Positions 63,117 through 64,000 of a stretch of DNA of 64,000 nt are shown piece after piece; within the stretch, counting starts at the first letter, position 1, and every line of letters starts with the position of its first letter. The notes under the pieces are model-generated. The model was not told the origin of the DNA. It ran no database searches and was given only the letters and a program-made list of their open reading frames with translations. Source of the DNA: an uncultured Verrucomicrobiae bacterium (GTDB lineage Bacteria; Verrucomicrobiota; Verrucomicrobiia; Chthoniobacterales; JAFAMB01); contig CAWEXO010000015.1 of the NCBI GenBank assembly GCA_963813025.1, positions 99,849 to 163,848 on the forward strand, read 5' to 3'. The position numbers and the translations under genes are program-made.

Positions 63117-63512
63117 ATGAGCAGGTATGTGTATCGATTACTTACGGTGCAGCTCGTTTCCAAGATTATACCGGAGGAATGCGGCGGAGTTCTGATCGCA
63201 ATCCCGAAGGGTAACCTTGAGCTCGCGCGCGCTCTCCCTGCTCATAAGAGTCTGGATGAGGATGAGCTGTTCAAGAGTCTCTTGACCAGAGCGGATTACC
63301 GAACGGTGCATGAGTTGCTCGATGCACCAGAAGACATTGTGCAATACCAATTCAATTTTTTCCGGGAAACAAAAAACCTCCCGGCCCCGCACCGAATATC
63401 CGCGGACGGAAAGAAGTTTTGGCGGATAGAGGCCGAGCGGAGTTCGAACGCGCGGGACGATTTCCTGGAAGATCTGGAGACACAACCTCTGCCGCCCCTC
63501 GCTCCCGCATAG
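63117..63512 (+). CDS. Hypothetical protein
   Basis: 131-aa ATG ORF with plausible composition. Confidence 0.55.
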   Translation: MSRYVYRLLTVQLVSKIIPEECGGVLIAIPKGNLELARALPAHKSLDEDELFKSLLTRADYRTVHELLDAPEDIVQYQFNFFRETKNLPAPHRISADGKKFWRIEAERSSNARDDFLEDLETQPLPPLAPA

Positions 63513-63557
63513 CCTGTATCGCTCACAAACCATCCATGGATTTGTCAGCGATGCAGG

Positions 63558-63860
63558 CTACTCGCTGGGCTGCGTCGATTCCAGCCGGTCAAAGCCCTTG
63601 ACCCGGTAAATGATCATTGAGGCAAGCCAACTCAAAACAAAAACTCCGACGATGACAAAGCCGAGCGTACCAAAATTGTCGTTCATCGATCCGACAAAAT
63701 CCCATAAGCCGCCGGTCAAATTCAGTCGATCCTTAATGATGCCGAATAGTTCGAGCCCCCCGACGATCAGGGCGACAATCACGGACACGGAGGTAATTGT
63801 CAGGTTGTAGTAGAGCTTCCGGACAGGTTTTACAAACGCCCAGCCATAAGCGCCTACCAT
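63558..63860 (-). pseudogene. HoxN/HupN/NixA nickel-cobalt transporter, C-terminal part
   Basis: GAYGWAFVKPVRKLYYNLTIT..SV..A..VG; homology stops next to a TIR. Confidence 0.8.
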
Positions 63861-63881
63861 AAATAGCCGCGGGCACAGGGC

Positions 63882-64000
63882 TGGTGTCGGACTTTAGTCG
63901 ACGAGGGGTCGGCCTGACCTGGCATGATCACATTTCGACTACCTTCCCGACCATCACTTCCAACGATTAGAAGAGTCACACTACGGCGGTATTGCCGACC
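63882..64000. mobile_element. Left end of a TGTCGGACTTT-type element running off the window
   Basis: ggtgtcggactttag matches the termini at 23673, 25609, 34924, 35107 and 57154. Confidence 0.55.

Overview
High-GC bacterial chromosomal window. Gene style and repeat families suggest Verrucomicrobiota (Spartobacteria/Chthoniobacterales-like); this is inferred, not proven. Positions 1-15841 are a decayed stack of genomic islands. It has three copies of a tRNA 3'-end att core, each preceded by related arm sequences, three tyrosine-integrase remnants, IS66 and resolvase fragments, a two-cassette integron array with attC sites but no intI, a broken hicBA pair, and a few intact cargo genes (TetR, DUF1905/YdeI, Cache, VOC, SDR, epoxide hydrolase). 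Positions 15906-64000 are mostly intact core genes: aroB-dprA-topB, ppk1, ATP-grasp/alpha-E, cysH-cysD-cysNC, tkt, hisG, hflX, rimO-rodZ-ftsK, manA, galM plus a sugar ABC transporter, and a desaturase. The intergenic spaces hold nested mobile DNA. (i) A TIR-bounded module with an 8-bp target duplication carries a RAYT transposase and REP doublets, and a RAYT-less copy lies 33 kb away. (ii) An IS110 sits inside one of those REPs, and its bridge-RNA target and donor guides can be read directly from the sequence. (iii) Four-helix-bundle (IVP/Avd-like) genes are capped by inward-facing short tandem-repeat arrays, and gene-less versions of the same architecture also occur. (iv) Two MITE families and micro-palindrome insertions are present. 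No CRISPR array, rRNA or complete tRNA was seen. All calls are by eye from the sequence and ORF track; no searches were run.
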